Shown piece by piece: positions 1-8,936 of a stretch of 64,000 nucleotides of DNA. Every line of letters begins with the position of its first letter. The first letter of the stretch is position 1. The notes beneath the pieces were generated by a model. The model made no database searches and was not told where the DNA came from. It saw only the letters and a list, made by a program, of their open reading frames with translations. Where the stretch lies: NCBI GenBank assembly GCA_021372495.1, contig JAJFUF010000037.1, positions 4,231-68,230 of the forward strand. Reading direction: 5' to 3'. Both the position numbers and the translations under genes were made by a program. The stretch comes from Lysobacteraceae bacterium. Its GTDB lineage: Bacteria > Pseudomonadota > Gammaproteobacteria > Xanthomonadales > Rhodanobacteraceae.

Positions 1-1
1 C

Positions 2-172
2 CTGGTGTTCGCCAAGCACCGCCTGATCGAGCACTGCCGGCACGCCGGCATTCCGCACGTGCCGATCGTCGGCTTCGCCGACGCGCTGGAACTGCTGCCG
101 GCGCTGGCGGCCGGCACGCTTTCCGCCGACTGCCTTCCTCCCCTTCCGCAGGACGCCGCCCACCATGCGTAA
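2..172 (+). CDS. 3' end of an upstream gene (partial, product unknown)
   Basis: Open frame from the window edge to TAA at 170-172 with GC3-rich codons. It overlaps the next ATG (165) by 8 nt, which suggests translational coupling. Confidence 0.35.
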   Translation: MVFAKHRLIEHCRHAGIPHVPIVGFADALELLPALAAGTLSADCLPPLPQDAAHHA

Positions 173-1589
173 TGCCACCCTTCCGGCCGCAGCGGCCGAT
201 GTCGCCTCCGCGCGCGAGGCCGAACTGCTGGCCGACGAGGCCCGCTACTGCTCGTTCGGCGACACCGTGCACTACAGCGATCCGCCGAAGATCTTCGACC
301 GCTGCGAAGGCAGCTACATCTACGACGCGGCGGGCACGCCCTACCTCGACCTGCAGATGTGGTACTCGGCGGTCAACTTCGGCTACGCCAACCCGCGCCT
401 GAACGCCGCGCTGAAGCGCCAGATCGACCGCCTGCCGCAGGTGGCCAGCCAGTACCTGCACGTGGAGAAGATCGAGCTGGCGCGCACCATCGCGCAGGAC
501 GCCGAGCGCAAGTTCGGCCTGCCGGGCCGCGTGCACTTCAACGTCGGCGGCGCGCAGGCGGTGGAGGATTCGCTCAAGCTGGTGCGCAATTACAAGGGCG
601 GCAAGAGCCTGATGTTCGCCTTCGAGGGCGGCTACCACGGCCGCACGCTCGGCGCCTCGTCGATCACCTCCAGCTACCGCTACCGCCGCCGCTACGGCCA
701 CTTCGGCGACCGCGCGATGTTCCTGCCGTTCCCGTACCACTTCCGCGGCCCCAAGGGCATGAGCAAGGAGGAGTATGGCGAACAGCTGGTGCGCGAGTTC
801 GCGCGCCTGTTCGAGACCGAGTACTACGGCATCTGGGACCCGAAGGTCGGCGAGTGCGAGTACGCCGCGTTCTACGTCGAGCCGCTGCAGGGCACCGGCG
901 GCTACGTCGTCCCGCCGATGAACTACTTCAAGGGCCTGAAGAAGGTGCTCGATCAGTACGGCATCCTGCTGGTGGTCGACGAGATCCAGATGGGCTTCTA
1001 CCGCACCGGCAAGCTGTGGGCGATCGAGCACTTCGGCGTCAACCCGGACGTGATCGTGTTCGGCAAGGCGCTGACCAACGGCCTCAACCCGCTGTCCGGC
1101 ATCTGGGCGCGCGAGGAATTGATCAACCCGAAGCAGTTCCCGCCGGGCTCGACGCACTCCACCTTCAATGCCAATCCGCTCGGCACCGCGGTCGGCCTGG
1201 AAGCCATGAAGATGATGGCCGAGACCGACTACGCGGCGATGGTGACGGCCAAGGGCAAGCACTTCCTCGCCGGCCTGAAGGACCTGCAGCAGCGCCATCC
1301 GGAAATCGGCGACGTCGACGGCCTCGGCCTGGCGCTGCGCGCCGAGATCTGCGCGGCGGACGGCTTCACGCCGAACAAGAAGCTGGTCGACCGCATGGTC
1401 GACATCGGCCTCGCCGGCGAACTGGAACATCGCGGCCAGCGCATCGGCCTGGTGCTGGACATCGGCGGCTACTACAAGAACGTGATCACGTTCGCGCCGT
1501 CGCTGCACATCACGCCCGAGGAGATCGACCTCGGCATCGCCCTGCTCGACCAGTTGCTGACGCGCGCCAAGCGGTCGTTGGTGGGCTGA
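165..1589 (+). CDS. class-III PLP-dependent aminotransferase
   Basis: 474-aa ORF with class-III aminotransferase hallmarks in the translation (GGYHGRTLGA, VVDEIQMGFYRTGKLWA, FGKALTNG with the Schiff-base Lys). Codon usage is GC3-rich. Confidence 0.9.
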   Translation: MRNATLPAAAADVASAREAELLADEARYCSFGDTVHYSDPPKIFDRCEGSYIYDAAGTPYLDLQMWYSAVNFGYANPRLNAALKRQIDRLPQVASQYLHVEKIELARTIAQDAERKFGLPGRVHFNVGGAQAVEDSLKLVRNYKGGKSLMFAFEGGYHGRTLGASSITSSYRYRRRYGHFGDRAMFLPFPYHFRGPKGMSKEEYGEQLVREFARLFETEYYGIWDPKVGECEYAAFYVEPLQGTGGYVVPPMNYFKGLKKVLDQYGILLVVDEIQMGFYRTGKLWAIEHFGVNPDVIVFGKALTNGLNPLSGIWAREELINPKQFPPGSTHSTFNANPLGTAVGLEAMKMMAETDYAAMVTAKGKHFLAGLKDLQQRHPEIGDVDGLGLALRAEICAADGFTPNKKLVDRMVDIGLAGELEHRGQRIGLVLDIGGYYKNVITFAPSLHITPEEIDLGIALLDQLLTRAKRSLVG

Positions 1590-1676
1590 AGCCCACCCTG
1601 CCGACGCCTCGTGCGCGGGACGTGCAGGCGGACGCAGGGCGATGGTGCGGGGTGGGCTTCAGCCCACCGCCCTGCC
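1581..1676. repeat. pair of REP-like palindromic units (GTGGGCTGAAGCCCAC / GTGGGCTTCAGCCCAC, each followed by CCTGCC)
   Basis: Two 16-bp perfect hairpin units at 1581-1596 and 1652-1667 with similar tails, lying between convergent genes. The first unit contains the aminotransferase stop codon. Confidence 0.5.
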
Positions 1677-1716
1677 ACCCATCGCCCCACCGCACTCCGT
1701 CCCGCCGGCCGCGCCC

Positions 1717-2931
1717 TCAGGACACGCGCCTCAACGCCAGCACGGCGTTGAGGCCGCCGAACGCGAAGGAGTTCGACAGCACGGCGCGCACCGCGCGCTC
1801 GCGCGCGACGTTCGGCACGTAATCGAGGTCGCAGGCGGGATCGGGCTCGAGGAAGCTGGCGGTCGGCGGCACCACGCCTTCGCGCAGCGCGCCGATCGCG
1901 GCGACGAGTTCGATCGCGCCGGCCGCGCCCAGCGCGTGGCCGTGCATCGACTTGGTCGAGGACACCGCGAGCGCATCGGCATGCGCGCCGAACACCTGGC
2001 GGATCGCCTTGGTCTCGGTGGGATCGTTGGCCGGCGTGCCGGTACCGTGGGCGTTGATGTAGTCGACGTCCGCGGGCGCCAGTCCTGCCTCGTCCAGCGC
2101 CGTGCGCATCGCGCGCGCGGCGCCGTGCTCGGAGGGAAACACCAGGTCGCCGGCATCGGCGCTCATGCCGGCGCCGGCGAACTCGGCGAGGATCGCCGCG
2201 CCGCGGCGGCGCGCGTGCGCGTAATCCTCCAGCACGAACATGCCGGCGCCCTCGCCCAGCACCAGGCCGCGGCGCTGCCTGGAGAACGGCCGGCAGGCGT
2301 CGTCGGCGAGCACGCGCATCGCCTCCCACGCGCGCAGCGTGCCTTCGGTCAGGCAGGCCTCGCTGCCGCCGGCGACCGCGGCGTCGACCATGCCCGAGCG
2401 CACCATGTGGAACGCCTGCGCCAGCGCGTGGTTGGCCGAGGCGCAGGCGCTGGACACCGCGAACGCGGGCCCGGTGATGCCGTAGTCGATGCTGAGGTGC
2501 GAGGCCGGCGCGTTCGTCATCAGCCGCACGATCGAGAACGGATGCAGGCGCGGATTGTTCTCGGCGTACAGCCGGCGCGCTTGTTCGTCGTGGGTGCCCT
2601 CGCCGCCGACGCCGGTGCCGACCACCACGGCACTGCGTTCACCGAGGCCGTCGGCGCGGAAATCGAGCCCGGACTGCGCGATCGCCTCGCGCGCGGCGAC
2701 CAAGGCGAACTGGGTGAAGCGGTCGAGCAGCGGCAGGCGTTTGGCGTTGAAGTGCGCCGCGGGATCGAAGCCGCGCACCTCGCCGGCGATCTTCGAGCGG
2801 AATGACTCGGCCGGCACCGCGGCGAGCGGGCCGATGCCGACGCGGCCTTCGCGCATCGCCTGCCAGTTCGCCGCGGCGTCGTGGCCGAGCGCGCTGATCG
2901 CGCCCATGCCGGTAATGACCACGCGCCGCAC
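1717..2931 (-). CDS. beta-ketoacyl-ACP synthase, KAS I/II (FabF/FabB-like) family
   Basis: 404-aa ORF. The Cys-His-His triad contexts are visible (SSACASANHAL, NAHGTGTPANDP, STKSMHGHALGAAG). GGAG lies upstream of the ATG. Confidence 0.9.
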   Translation of the reverse strand: MRRVVITGMGAISALGHDAAANWQAMREGRVGIGPLAAVPAESFRSKIAGEVRGFDPAAHFNAKRLPLLDRFTQFALVAAREAIAQSGLDFRADGLGERSAVVVGTGVGGEGTHDEQARRLYAENNPRLHPFSIVRLMTNAPASHLSIDYGITGPAFAVSSACASANHALAQAFHMVRSGMVDAAVAGGSEACLTEGTLRAWEAMRVLADDACRPFSRQRRGLVLGEGAGMFVLEDYAHARRRGAAILAEFAGAGMSADAGDLVFPSEHGAARAMRTALDEAGLAPADVDYINAHGTGTPANDPTETKAIRQVFGAHADALAVSSTKSMHGHALGAAGAIELVAAIGALREGVVPPTASFLEPDPACDLDYVPNVARERAVRAVLSNSFAFGGLNAVLALRRVS

Positions 2932-2953
2932 GGCAGCGTCTCCGGCGTGCGCG

Positions 2954-3220
2954 TCAGGCCGCGCCCGAGGCCGGTTGCACCTTCTCCGCCAGCAACCGCT
3001 CCACCGCCTCGACCAGGCCGCGCACCGATTCGGTGTCGAAGTTGGGATCGCGATCGGGCATGGTGATCTTGAAGCGGTCCTCGATCTCGAAAATGATCTG
3101 GATCGCGTCGAGCGACTGGATCTCGAGATCCTTCAGCGTGGCGTCGGGCGTGATGCGCGCGGCGTCGATCCCGCTCTCCTTCGCGATGATCTCGAAGATG
3201 GTGTCCTGCACGCTGCTCAT
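2954..3220 (-). CDS. acyl carrier protein
   Basis: 88 aa from the internal ATG at 3220, with a GGAG RBS. The ACP-like sequence has the phosphopantetheine Ser in LEIQSLDAIQI. The gene ends 22 nt upstream of the ketosynthase gene. The N-terminal part of the 124-aa track ORF is an Arg-rich artefact. Confidence 0.85.
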   Translation of the reverse strand: MSSVQDTIFEIIAKESGIDAARITPDATLKDLEIQSLDAIQIIFEIEDRFKITMPDRDPNFDTESVRGLVEAVERLLAEKVQPASGAA

Positions 3221-3339
3221 CGAGAAACTCCGGAGTGGCTGGCGATCGGCAGCTTCACGCGCGCGCCTTTCGCGCAGGTTTCGGGGTCGGCGCGGGCGCG
3301 CGCCTATACTCGCGCCGCATCTCCACACGCCGCCACGCC

Positions 3340-3702
3340 ATGCCCACGACCACGCTGATCCTGTGGTTCGCCAACATCGTGATCGACACCGTCGGCCAGC
3401 TCGCCTTCAAGAGCGCCGCCCGCGGGCCGGACGCCGGCGGCGGCTGGCGGGCGCACTGGCGCGCGCTGGCCGGGCGCCGCGCGCTGTGGCTCGGAATCGG
3501 CTGCTTCGTCGCGGAGTTCGTGGTCTGGCTGGCTTTCCTGTCGCTGGTGCCGCTGTCGTCCGGCGTGCTGCTCGGCTCGATCAACATCGTCGCGGTGATG
3601 CTGGCCGGGCGCCTGCTGTTCGGCGAGCGCCTCAGCGCACGCCGCGTCGCCGGCATCCTGCTGATCGCCGGCGGCGTCGCCGTGGTCGGCGCGGGAGCCT
3701 GA
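3340..3702 (+). CDS. half-size DMT/EamA-type membrane protein (ArnE/ArnF-like architecture)
   Basis: 120 aa from ATG 3340 with about four hydrophobic helices. It is the first of two adjacent half-size membrane genes. Confidence 0.65.
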   Translation: MPTTTLILWFANIVIDTVGQLAFKSAARGPDAGGGWRAHWRALAGRRALWLGIGCFVAEFVVWLAFLSLVPLSSGVLLGSINIVAVMLAGRLLFGERLSARRVAGILLIAGGVAVVGAGA

Positions 3703-3704
3703 GC

Positions 3705-4106
3705 GTGCGCCGTTTCTACGTCCTCGGCTTTCTCGCCCTGATGGGCTTCGACACGCTCTCGCAGGTGTGCTTCAAGTTCGCCGCGCTGCACGCGGCGCCG
3801 CTGGCCGCCGATCCGGCCTGGCTGCTGCGCGTGCTGGGCGCGCCGTGGGTGTACGGCGCGGTCCTCGGCTACCTCGGCGCGTTCGCCACCTGGATGACCC
3901 TGCTCAGGCATGCGCCGATCGGGCCGGCGTTCGCCGCCTCGCACCTCGAGGTGATCAGCGTGATGGCGCTGTCGGTGCCGCTGTTCGGCGATCACCTGGG
4001 CGCGGCGCAACTGCTCGGCGCGGTGGCGATCGTCGCCGGCATCTTCTGCCTGGCCTCGGACCCCGCGCCGGAAGGCGCTCCGGCAATCGCGGATGAGCGC
4101 GCCTGA
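3705..4106 (+). CDS. half-size DMT/EamA-type membrane protein (second subunit)
   Basis: 133 aa from GTG 3705, with GGGAG about 8 nt upstream and only 2 nt after the previous stop. The protein is hydrophobic with about four TM helices. The start is uncertain. Confidence 0.6.
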   Translation: MRRFYVLGFLALMGFDTLSQVCFKFAALHAAPLAADPAWLLRVLGAPWVYGAVLGYLGAFATWMTLLRHAPIGPAFAASHLEVISVMALSVPLFGDHLGAAQLLGAVAIVAGIFCLASDPAPEGAPAIADERA

Positions 4107-5316
4107 ACCCATGCGTCGGCGCGCCGAGGTGCCGCCGACTGCCGGCCTGCCGCCGCGCCTGCGCGACCTTCTCCCGGGCGCGGGCGCGCCGCTGGATGCG
4201 CGCGCGGCCGCGTGGCTCGGCGTGGACGCAGCCCTGGTCGCCTGCTCCGGCACCGCCGCGCTGGTGATCGCGCTGCGCGCGTTGCGCCGCACGAGCGCGC
4301 GGCGCACGGTGGTGGTGCCCGCCTACACCTGCCCGCTGGTGCCGCTGGCGGTGGCGCACTGCGGCCTGGAAGTGCGCCTGTGCGATCTCGCGCCCGGCGG
4401 CTTCGACCTCGACCCCGCCGCGCTCGCCGACGCCTGCCGCACCGATACGCTCGCGGTCGTGCCGACCCATCTCGGCGGTCGCGTCGCCGACGTCGACGCC
4501 GCGCTCGCCGCCGCGCGGCGCGTCGGCGCGTTCGTGGTCGAGGACGCCGCGCAGGCGCTGGGCGCGCGCGCCGGCGGCGCTTCGGTCGGCCTGCGCGGCG
4601 ACGCCGGCTTCTTCAGCCTCGCGGTCGGCAAGGGGCTGACGCTGTACGAGGGCGGCCTGCTGGTCGCGCGCGACGCCGCGATGCGGCGCGCGCTCGCCGG
4701 GGAAGCCGCGCGGCTGCCGCGGCGCTTCGGCTGGGAGCTGCGTCGTTCGCTGGAGCTGCTCGGCTACCACGCGCTATACCGGCCGCGCGTGCTGCGCTAC
4801 GCCTACGGCATGCCGCTGCGCCGCGCGCTGCGCCGCGGCGATGCGATCGCCGCGGTCGGCGACGCGCTCGGCCCGCATATCCCGCTGCACCGCGTCGGCG
4901 CGTGGCGGCAGGGCGTCGGCGCGCGCGCGATCGCGCGCCTGCCGGCATTCCTCGACGCGGCCGCCGAACGCGCCGCCGCGCGCCGTGCGCGCCTCGCCGC
5001 GCTGCCGGGCGTGCGCGTGCTCGACGATGCCGGCCGCGGCGCCGGCACCTGGCCGTTCCTGATGCTGCTGATGCCCGACGCGCGCGCGCGCGATGCGGCG
5101 CTGGCGCGGCTGTGGGGCGCGGGGCTCGGCGTCAGCCAACTGTTCATCCACGCCCTGCCCGACTATCCGCGCCTCGCCGGCATCGTGCCCGCACAGGCGG
5201 TGCCGAACGCGCGCGACCTCGCCGCGCGCATGCTGACCGTGTCGAACAGCCCGTGGCTGGACGAGCCCGGTTTTGCGCGCATCTGCGCGGAACTCGAAGC
5301 GGCATTGCGTCCGTAG
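4093..5316 (+). CDS. DegT/DnrJ/EryC1/StrS-family PLP aminotransferase
   Basis: 407-aa ORF overlapping the previous gene by 14 nt. Motifs include EDAAQALGA and FFSLAVGKGLTLYEGG, which carries the PLP Lys. Confidence 0.85.
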   Translation: MSAPEPMRRRAEVPPTAGLPPRLRDLLPGAGAPLDARAAAWLGVDAALVACSGTAALVIALRALRRTSARRTVVVPAYTCPLVPLAVAHCGLEVRLCDLAPGGFDLDPAALADACRTDTLAVVPTHLGGRVADVDAALAAARRVGAFVVEDAAQALGARAGGASVGLRGDAGFFSLAVGKGLTLYEGGLLVARDAAMRRALAGEAARLPRRFGWELRRSLELLGYHALYRPRVLRYAYGMPLRRALRRGDAIAAVGDALGPHIPLHRVGAWRQGVGARAIARLPAFLDAAAERAAARRARLAALPGVRVLDDAGRGAGTWPFLMLLMPDARARDAALARLWGAGLGVSQLFIHALPDYPRLAGIVPAQAVPNARDLAARMLTVSNSPWLDEPGFARICAELEAALRP

Positions 5317-5481
5317 CGTGCGCTGCGCGCACGATGACGGCACGGACATGCGTGCAGCGCACGCCACCCGACCGCACACCATCGCCGGCACCGCACGCCC
5401 GTGCGACGCCGCGACGACGTGCGCGGAGCCGACGGCAGCGCCGCTGCGGCAGCGTCCTCTTCCGCGGGAAAGCGAAGCGCG

Positions 5482-6336
5482 CTACGCGAGCGCGGCCAGC
5501 AGCCGCGTGTTCAGCGCATGCTGCTGCGCCTGCCAGGCGGCGAGCTGCGCGGGGTCGATCGCGGGCTGCGCGTCCAGCGCGCTCAGCCAGCGTTTCCAGC
5601 GCGTGCGGTAGCGGTAGGCGGAAACCTCGCCGGTGATGTCGCTGCCGACGATGCGCCCGGCGAGGCCGCGCAGCGCGTCCAGGGCGTCGGCCTCGCGCAG
5701 CACGCCCTGGTCCCAGTTGGTGCGCGCGACTTCGGCGGCGAACACGTCCTTGTCGATCGACACGTACAGCGGCCCGCGGCCGCGCAGCGCGGTGCCGAAC
5801 GCTTCCAGCATCGACGCCGCGTCGTCGTAGCGGCGCACCGCGCGGCCGAGGCCGAGCCGGGCCGCCCAGCGCGTGTCGGCGCCGATGCACCAGTAGGTCA
5901 GCCGGCCCGCGTACAGCGGCGCCAGCCGGTTCTGCCAGCTCTGCGCGGGGCCGACGTCGGCCGAGGTGATGCCGACCACGTGCACGTGCGCGACGTGCGC
6001 CAGGCGCGTCACCCCGCGCACCCACGAGCCGCAGTGCACGCCGAACGGGAAGCGCATGTTGTCGGGATGGTTGTCGAACACCACCACCTCGAGCGGGCCG
6101 CGCGCGGCGCAGCGCTCGATCAGCAGCAGGCTGACGTGGTGGAAATCGCCGCTGCCGAGCAGCGCGGTGCCGTGCGCGGCGGGCAGCCGTGCGGCGAGGT
6201 GCGCGCGCAGGCGCGCGAACGTGCGCCGGCCGCAGCCGTAGCGGACGGCTTCCTGCCAGTCGCCCAACGCCAGCGTCGTCGCGCCCGGCACGGGTCCGGC
6301 CGAGGCGTCGAAATCAAGGACCAGCGGCGTGCGCAC
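5482..6336 (-). CDS. arginase/ureohydrolase-fold protein
   Basis: 284-aa ORF. Ureohydrolase metal-site motifs are present in divergent form (GSGDFHH, VFDNHPD, VSIDKDVF). Confidence 0.7.
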   Translation of the reverse strand: MRTPLVLDFDASAGPVPGATTLALGDWQEAVRYGCGRRTFARLRAHLAARLPAAHGTALLGSGDFHHVSLLLIERCAARGPLEVVVFDNHPDNMRFPFGVHCGSWVRGVTRLAHVAHVHVVGITSADVGPAQSWQNRLAPLYAGRLTYWCIGADTRWAARLGLGRAVRRYDDAASMLEAFGTALRGRGPLYVSIDKDVFAAEVARTNWDQGVLREADALDALRGLAGRIVGSDITGEVSAYRYRTRWKRWLSALDAQPAIDPAQLAAWQAQQHALNTRLLAALA

Positions 6337-7459
6337 CGGCGCGGCCCTCGAACCAGGCGCGGTCGCGCTCGAAGCGCCCGGCGCAGCAGCGCAGCAGCGC
6401 GCGCAGCACGCGGCTGCGCGCGTACACCGCGTGGCGGGTGAAGGTGAAGCGCGCGCCCAGCGCCGCCTTGACCTCGGGATCGGTCCAGCCGGCCACGTAG
6501 TGGCGCAGGCCGCGCGCCCGCGCGTACTCGATGTTTTGCATCCAGCTCACCGCGTACAGGTTGTGCGCGCGCGCTTGCGGGTAGGCGAAGCCGACGTACT
6601 TGTCGATCAGCATGCCGGCGTGCGCGTAGCAGAGGTTCCAGCCGATCAGTTCGCCGGCGTGCCGGTAGGCGAACACCACGCCGCCGCTGCCGGCGTCCTG
6701 CAGCACGGCCTGGAAGAACGCCGGCGTCAGCAGGTCGAAGTGCAGATCGCTCTGCCGGTACACGGCGAGGTACAGCGTGTAGTAGTGCTCCAGCACGCGC
6801 GCATCGTGGAAGCAGTCGGCGCCGGTGGGCAACGTCTCGATCTGCAGCGCCACGCGCGCGCGCAGCTTGCGGCGGATGTCGCGGCGGCGCGCGTGCGACA
6901 GGCGCGCGAGGAACGCGTCGGCATCGGCGAAGTCGATCGGCACGTAGGCCAGCGCCTGGCCCGCGACCAGCACGCAGCCGGCGTTGGCGCAGGCTTCGGC
7001 GAAGTCCGCGGCGCGGCGGTTGTCGACGGCGTCCAGCAGCGGCGAGTCCTGCGGGATGTCCTTGACGATCAGCAACGGCTGCGCCGGCGCGTGCGCCTGC
7101 AGCAGCGCGGCGACCGCGGCGGCGGCGTCGCGCCCGCGCGGCAGCGGCGCGTACTCGGAGACGGTGGTGCCGACGAAGCAGGTGCGCGGGTGCAGCGCGC
7201 CCTTCCAGCGCGCGTACAGCGGCAGGCGGCCGATCCGGCGGCGCGTAGCCGCGTCGGCGGTGGTCAGCAGGTCGAAGCGGGCGCGGAACGCCGGCGCGCC
7301 GATGCAGGTGATGAACGCGGCGAAGTCCCGCGGCGGGTGCATCAGGAATGCGCGCAGCAGTCCCGGCGGCTCCAGCACGTTGCCGAGCGGCGGCAGGCCG
7401 GCGAGGTCGGGTGGTTCGTCCTCGACCGCTGCGCCGAACGCGGCCTCGGTCAGGTTCAT
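6314..7459 (-). CDS. FemAB-like / GNAT-fold acyltransferase family protein
   Basis: 381 aa from ATG 7459; the upstream part of the 609-aa track ORF is an Arg/Pro-rich artefact. It resembles the ~380-aa FemAB-like GNAT family (FLARLSHARRRDIRRKL, HNLYAVSWMQNIEYARARGLRHYVAGWTDPEVKAALGA). An ATGA overlap joins it to the upstream hydrolase gene. Confidence 0.7.
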   Translation of the reverse strand: MNLTEAAFGAAVEDEPPDLAGLPPLGNVLEPPGLLRAFLMHPPRDFAAFITCIGAPAFRARFDLLTTADAATRRRIGRLPLYARWKGALHPRTCFVGTTVSEYAPLPRGRDAAAAVAALLQAHAPAQPLLIVKDIPQDSPLLDAVDNRRAADFAEACANAGCVLVAGQALAYVPIDFADADAFLARLSHARRRDIRRKLRARVALQIETLPTGADCFHDARVLEHYYTLYLAVYRQSDLHFDLLTPAFFQAVLQDAGSGGVVFAYRHAGELIGWNLCYAHAGMLIDKYVGFAYPQARAHNLYAVSWMQNIEYARARGLRHYVAGWTDPEVKAALGARFTFTRHAVYARSRVLRALLRCCAGRFERDRAWFEGRAGAHAAGP

Positions 7460-8340
7460 GTCGCCGGCGCGGTGCGCTGCGCAGCGCCGGACACGATGCG
7501 CCCGAAGAAGTCCGCCGAGCAGGCGATCACGCGGTCGCGCTGCTGGTCGACGGTGATCATGTGGTAGCTGTCGTCGAGCAGCACGGTCTCGACCGGGCCG
7601 CGCACGCCGCGCGCGACCAGGTGCGCGTTGCCGACGCTGGCGACGTCGTCCTCGGCGGCGTGCATCACCAGGCACGGCGCGCGCACGCGGCCGAGCTCGC
7701 GGCGCATGCGCGAGGCGAGCTGGTAGAACTCCGCCAGCGACGGCCACGGGTTGCCCGGCAGCCCGGCGGCGGCACTGTCGCCGGCGAGCATGCTGCCGGC
7801 GATGCGCTGGCGGATGCGCTCGTCCTTGATGCCGTAGGGGAAGCTCTCCATGAAGCGCTGGCCGCGGCCGAGGCCGAGCCGGGTCACCAGCGGCAGCAGG
7901 AACGACAGCCGCGCGATCGGCGGGATCGACCAGCCGTCGTAGCGGAAGGTGGCACCGTAGGCGGCCACGCCGTCGATCTCGTGCGGGCGGTCGGCGGCCA
8001 GCTTCAGCGCCAGCACCGCGCCCATCGACAGGCCGGCGACGAACAGGTGGTCGACCTGCTCGCGCAGGCGGTCGGCGGCCTCGCCGACGCTGCGGTACCA
8101 GTCGCGCCAGCCGGTGCGCAGCAGGTCGGCCTCGTCGCCGCAATGGCCGGCGAGCTGCATGCCGTGCACGGTGAAGCCGGCGCGGTGCAGGCCCTTGCCG
8201 ACGAAGCGCATCTCCGCCGGCGTGCCGGTCAGTCCGTGCACCAGCAGCACGCCGGCGCGACTGCCGTGCAGGAAGAAGTCGGCCTGCTTGATGCGCGTAT
8301 GGGTCACTGCCGGTCGCCGCTCGAAGGGGGCGCCCAGCAT
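7456..8340 (-). CDS. alpha/beta-hydrolase (esterase/lipase-like)
   Basis: 294-aa ORF with the nucleophile elbow GLSMGA, HGLTGTPAEM near the N-terminus, and a C-terminal His in DDSYHMI. Confidence 0.85.
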   Translation of the reverse strand: MLGAPFERRPAVTHTRIKQADFFLHGSRAGVLLVHGLTGTPAEMRFVGKGLHRAGFTVHGMQLAGHCGDEADLLRTGWRDWYRSVGEAADRLREQVDHLFVAGLSMGAVLALKLAADRPHEIDGVAAYGATFRYDGWSIPPIARLSFLLPLVTRLGLGRGQRFMESFPYGIKDERIRQRIAGSMLAGDSAAAGLPGNPWPSLAEFYQLASRMRRELGRVRAPCLVMHAAEDDVASVGNAHLVARGVRGPVETVLLDDSYHMITVDQQRDRVIACSADFFGRIVSGAAQRTAPAT

Positions 8341-8473
8341 GCGCGACAGACCCTTTCGGGGCGCTTTCTGCCGGCGCCCGCAGCGCGGCCGGAGGTCGCG
8401 CGCCGGCCGGACGCAGCCGCGCCCGCGCTACCCGGCGCGGACGCGCCGGGCGGCGTTCAGCGGCCGGCGCCGC

Positions 8474-8785
8474 TCAGGAAGCCTGTTCGGCCGCCAGGCG
8501 CAGCAGGCCGTGCAGCGTGCGGCACAGCTCGTCGCGCGAGCCGCGGATGCCGAGGCGCTCGGACAGCGCGCGCACGTTGTCCGTGTCCTCGCCGCCGTCG
8601 TCGCGGTAGGCGCAGGCGGCGAGCACGTCGGCGTCGAGCAGGCCGATGCTGGAACCGTCCTCGAGGTCGATGGCGAGATCGCGCAGTCCGCGACCGCTGG
8701 CGGAGCGCCAGCGCAGCGCGCGCACGCGCGGGGCCAGATTGCGTGGATCCTGCGCGGCGATGGTGCCGTGATGGAGCGAACCCAT
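8474..8785 (-). CDS. hypothetical small protein
   Basis: 103 aa from ATG 8785 with an AAGGGGGG RBS just upstream and GC3-rich codons. No family recognised. Confidence 0.45.
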   Translation of the reverse strand: MGSLHHGTIAAQDPRNLAPRVRALRWRSASGRGLRDLAIDLEDGSSIGLLDADVLAACAYRDDGGEDTDNVRALSERLGIRGSRDELCRTLHGLLRLAAEQAS

Positions 8786-8857
8786 GGCATACCCCCCTTG
8801 TCGCCCGCTTTGCGTGCGGGCCTGCCCGTGGGGGAGCAATCTTGGCGCCAGCGCGGC

Positions 8858-8873
8858 GTTCACGCTTGTGAAC
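8858..8873. promoter_or_regulatory. 16-bp palindrome GTTCACGCTTGTGAAC (candidate operator)
   Basis: Perfect 6-4-6 inverted repeat 73-88 nt upstream of the ATG at 8785. The same GTTCA-N6-TGAAC pattern recurs at 61939-61954. Confidence 0.25.
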
Positions 8874-8936
8874 TTGCGTGGCGGGATCGACACGGCCCGC
8901 CGGCCGCCCGTCCGGGCGGCGGGCGGGCCGGCGCCC

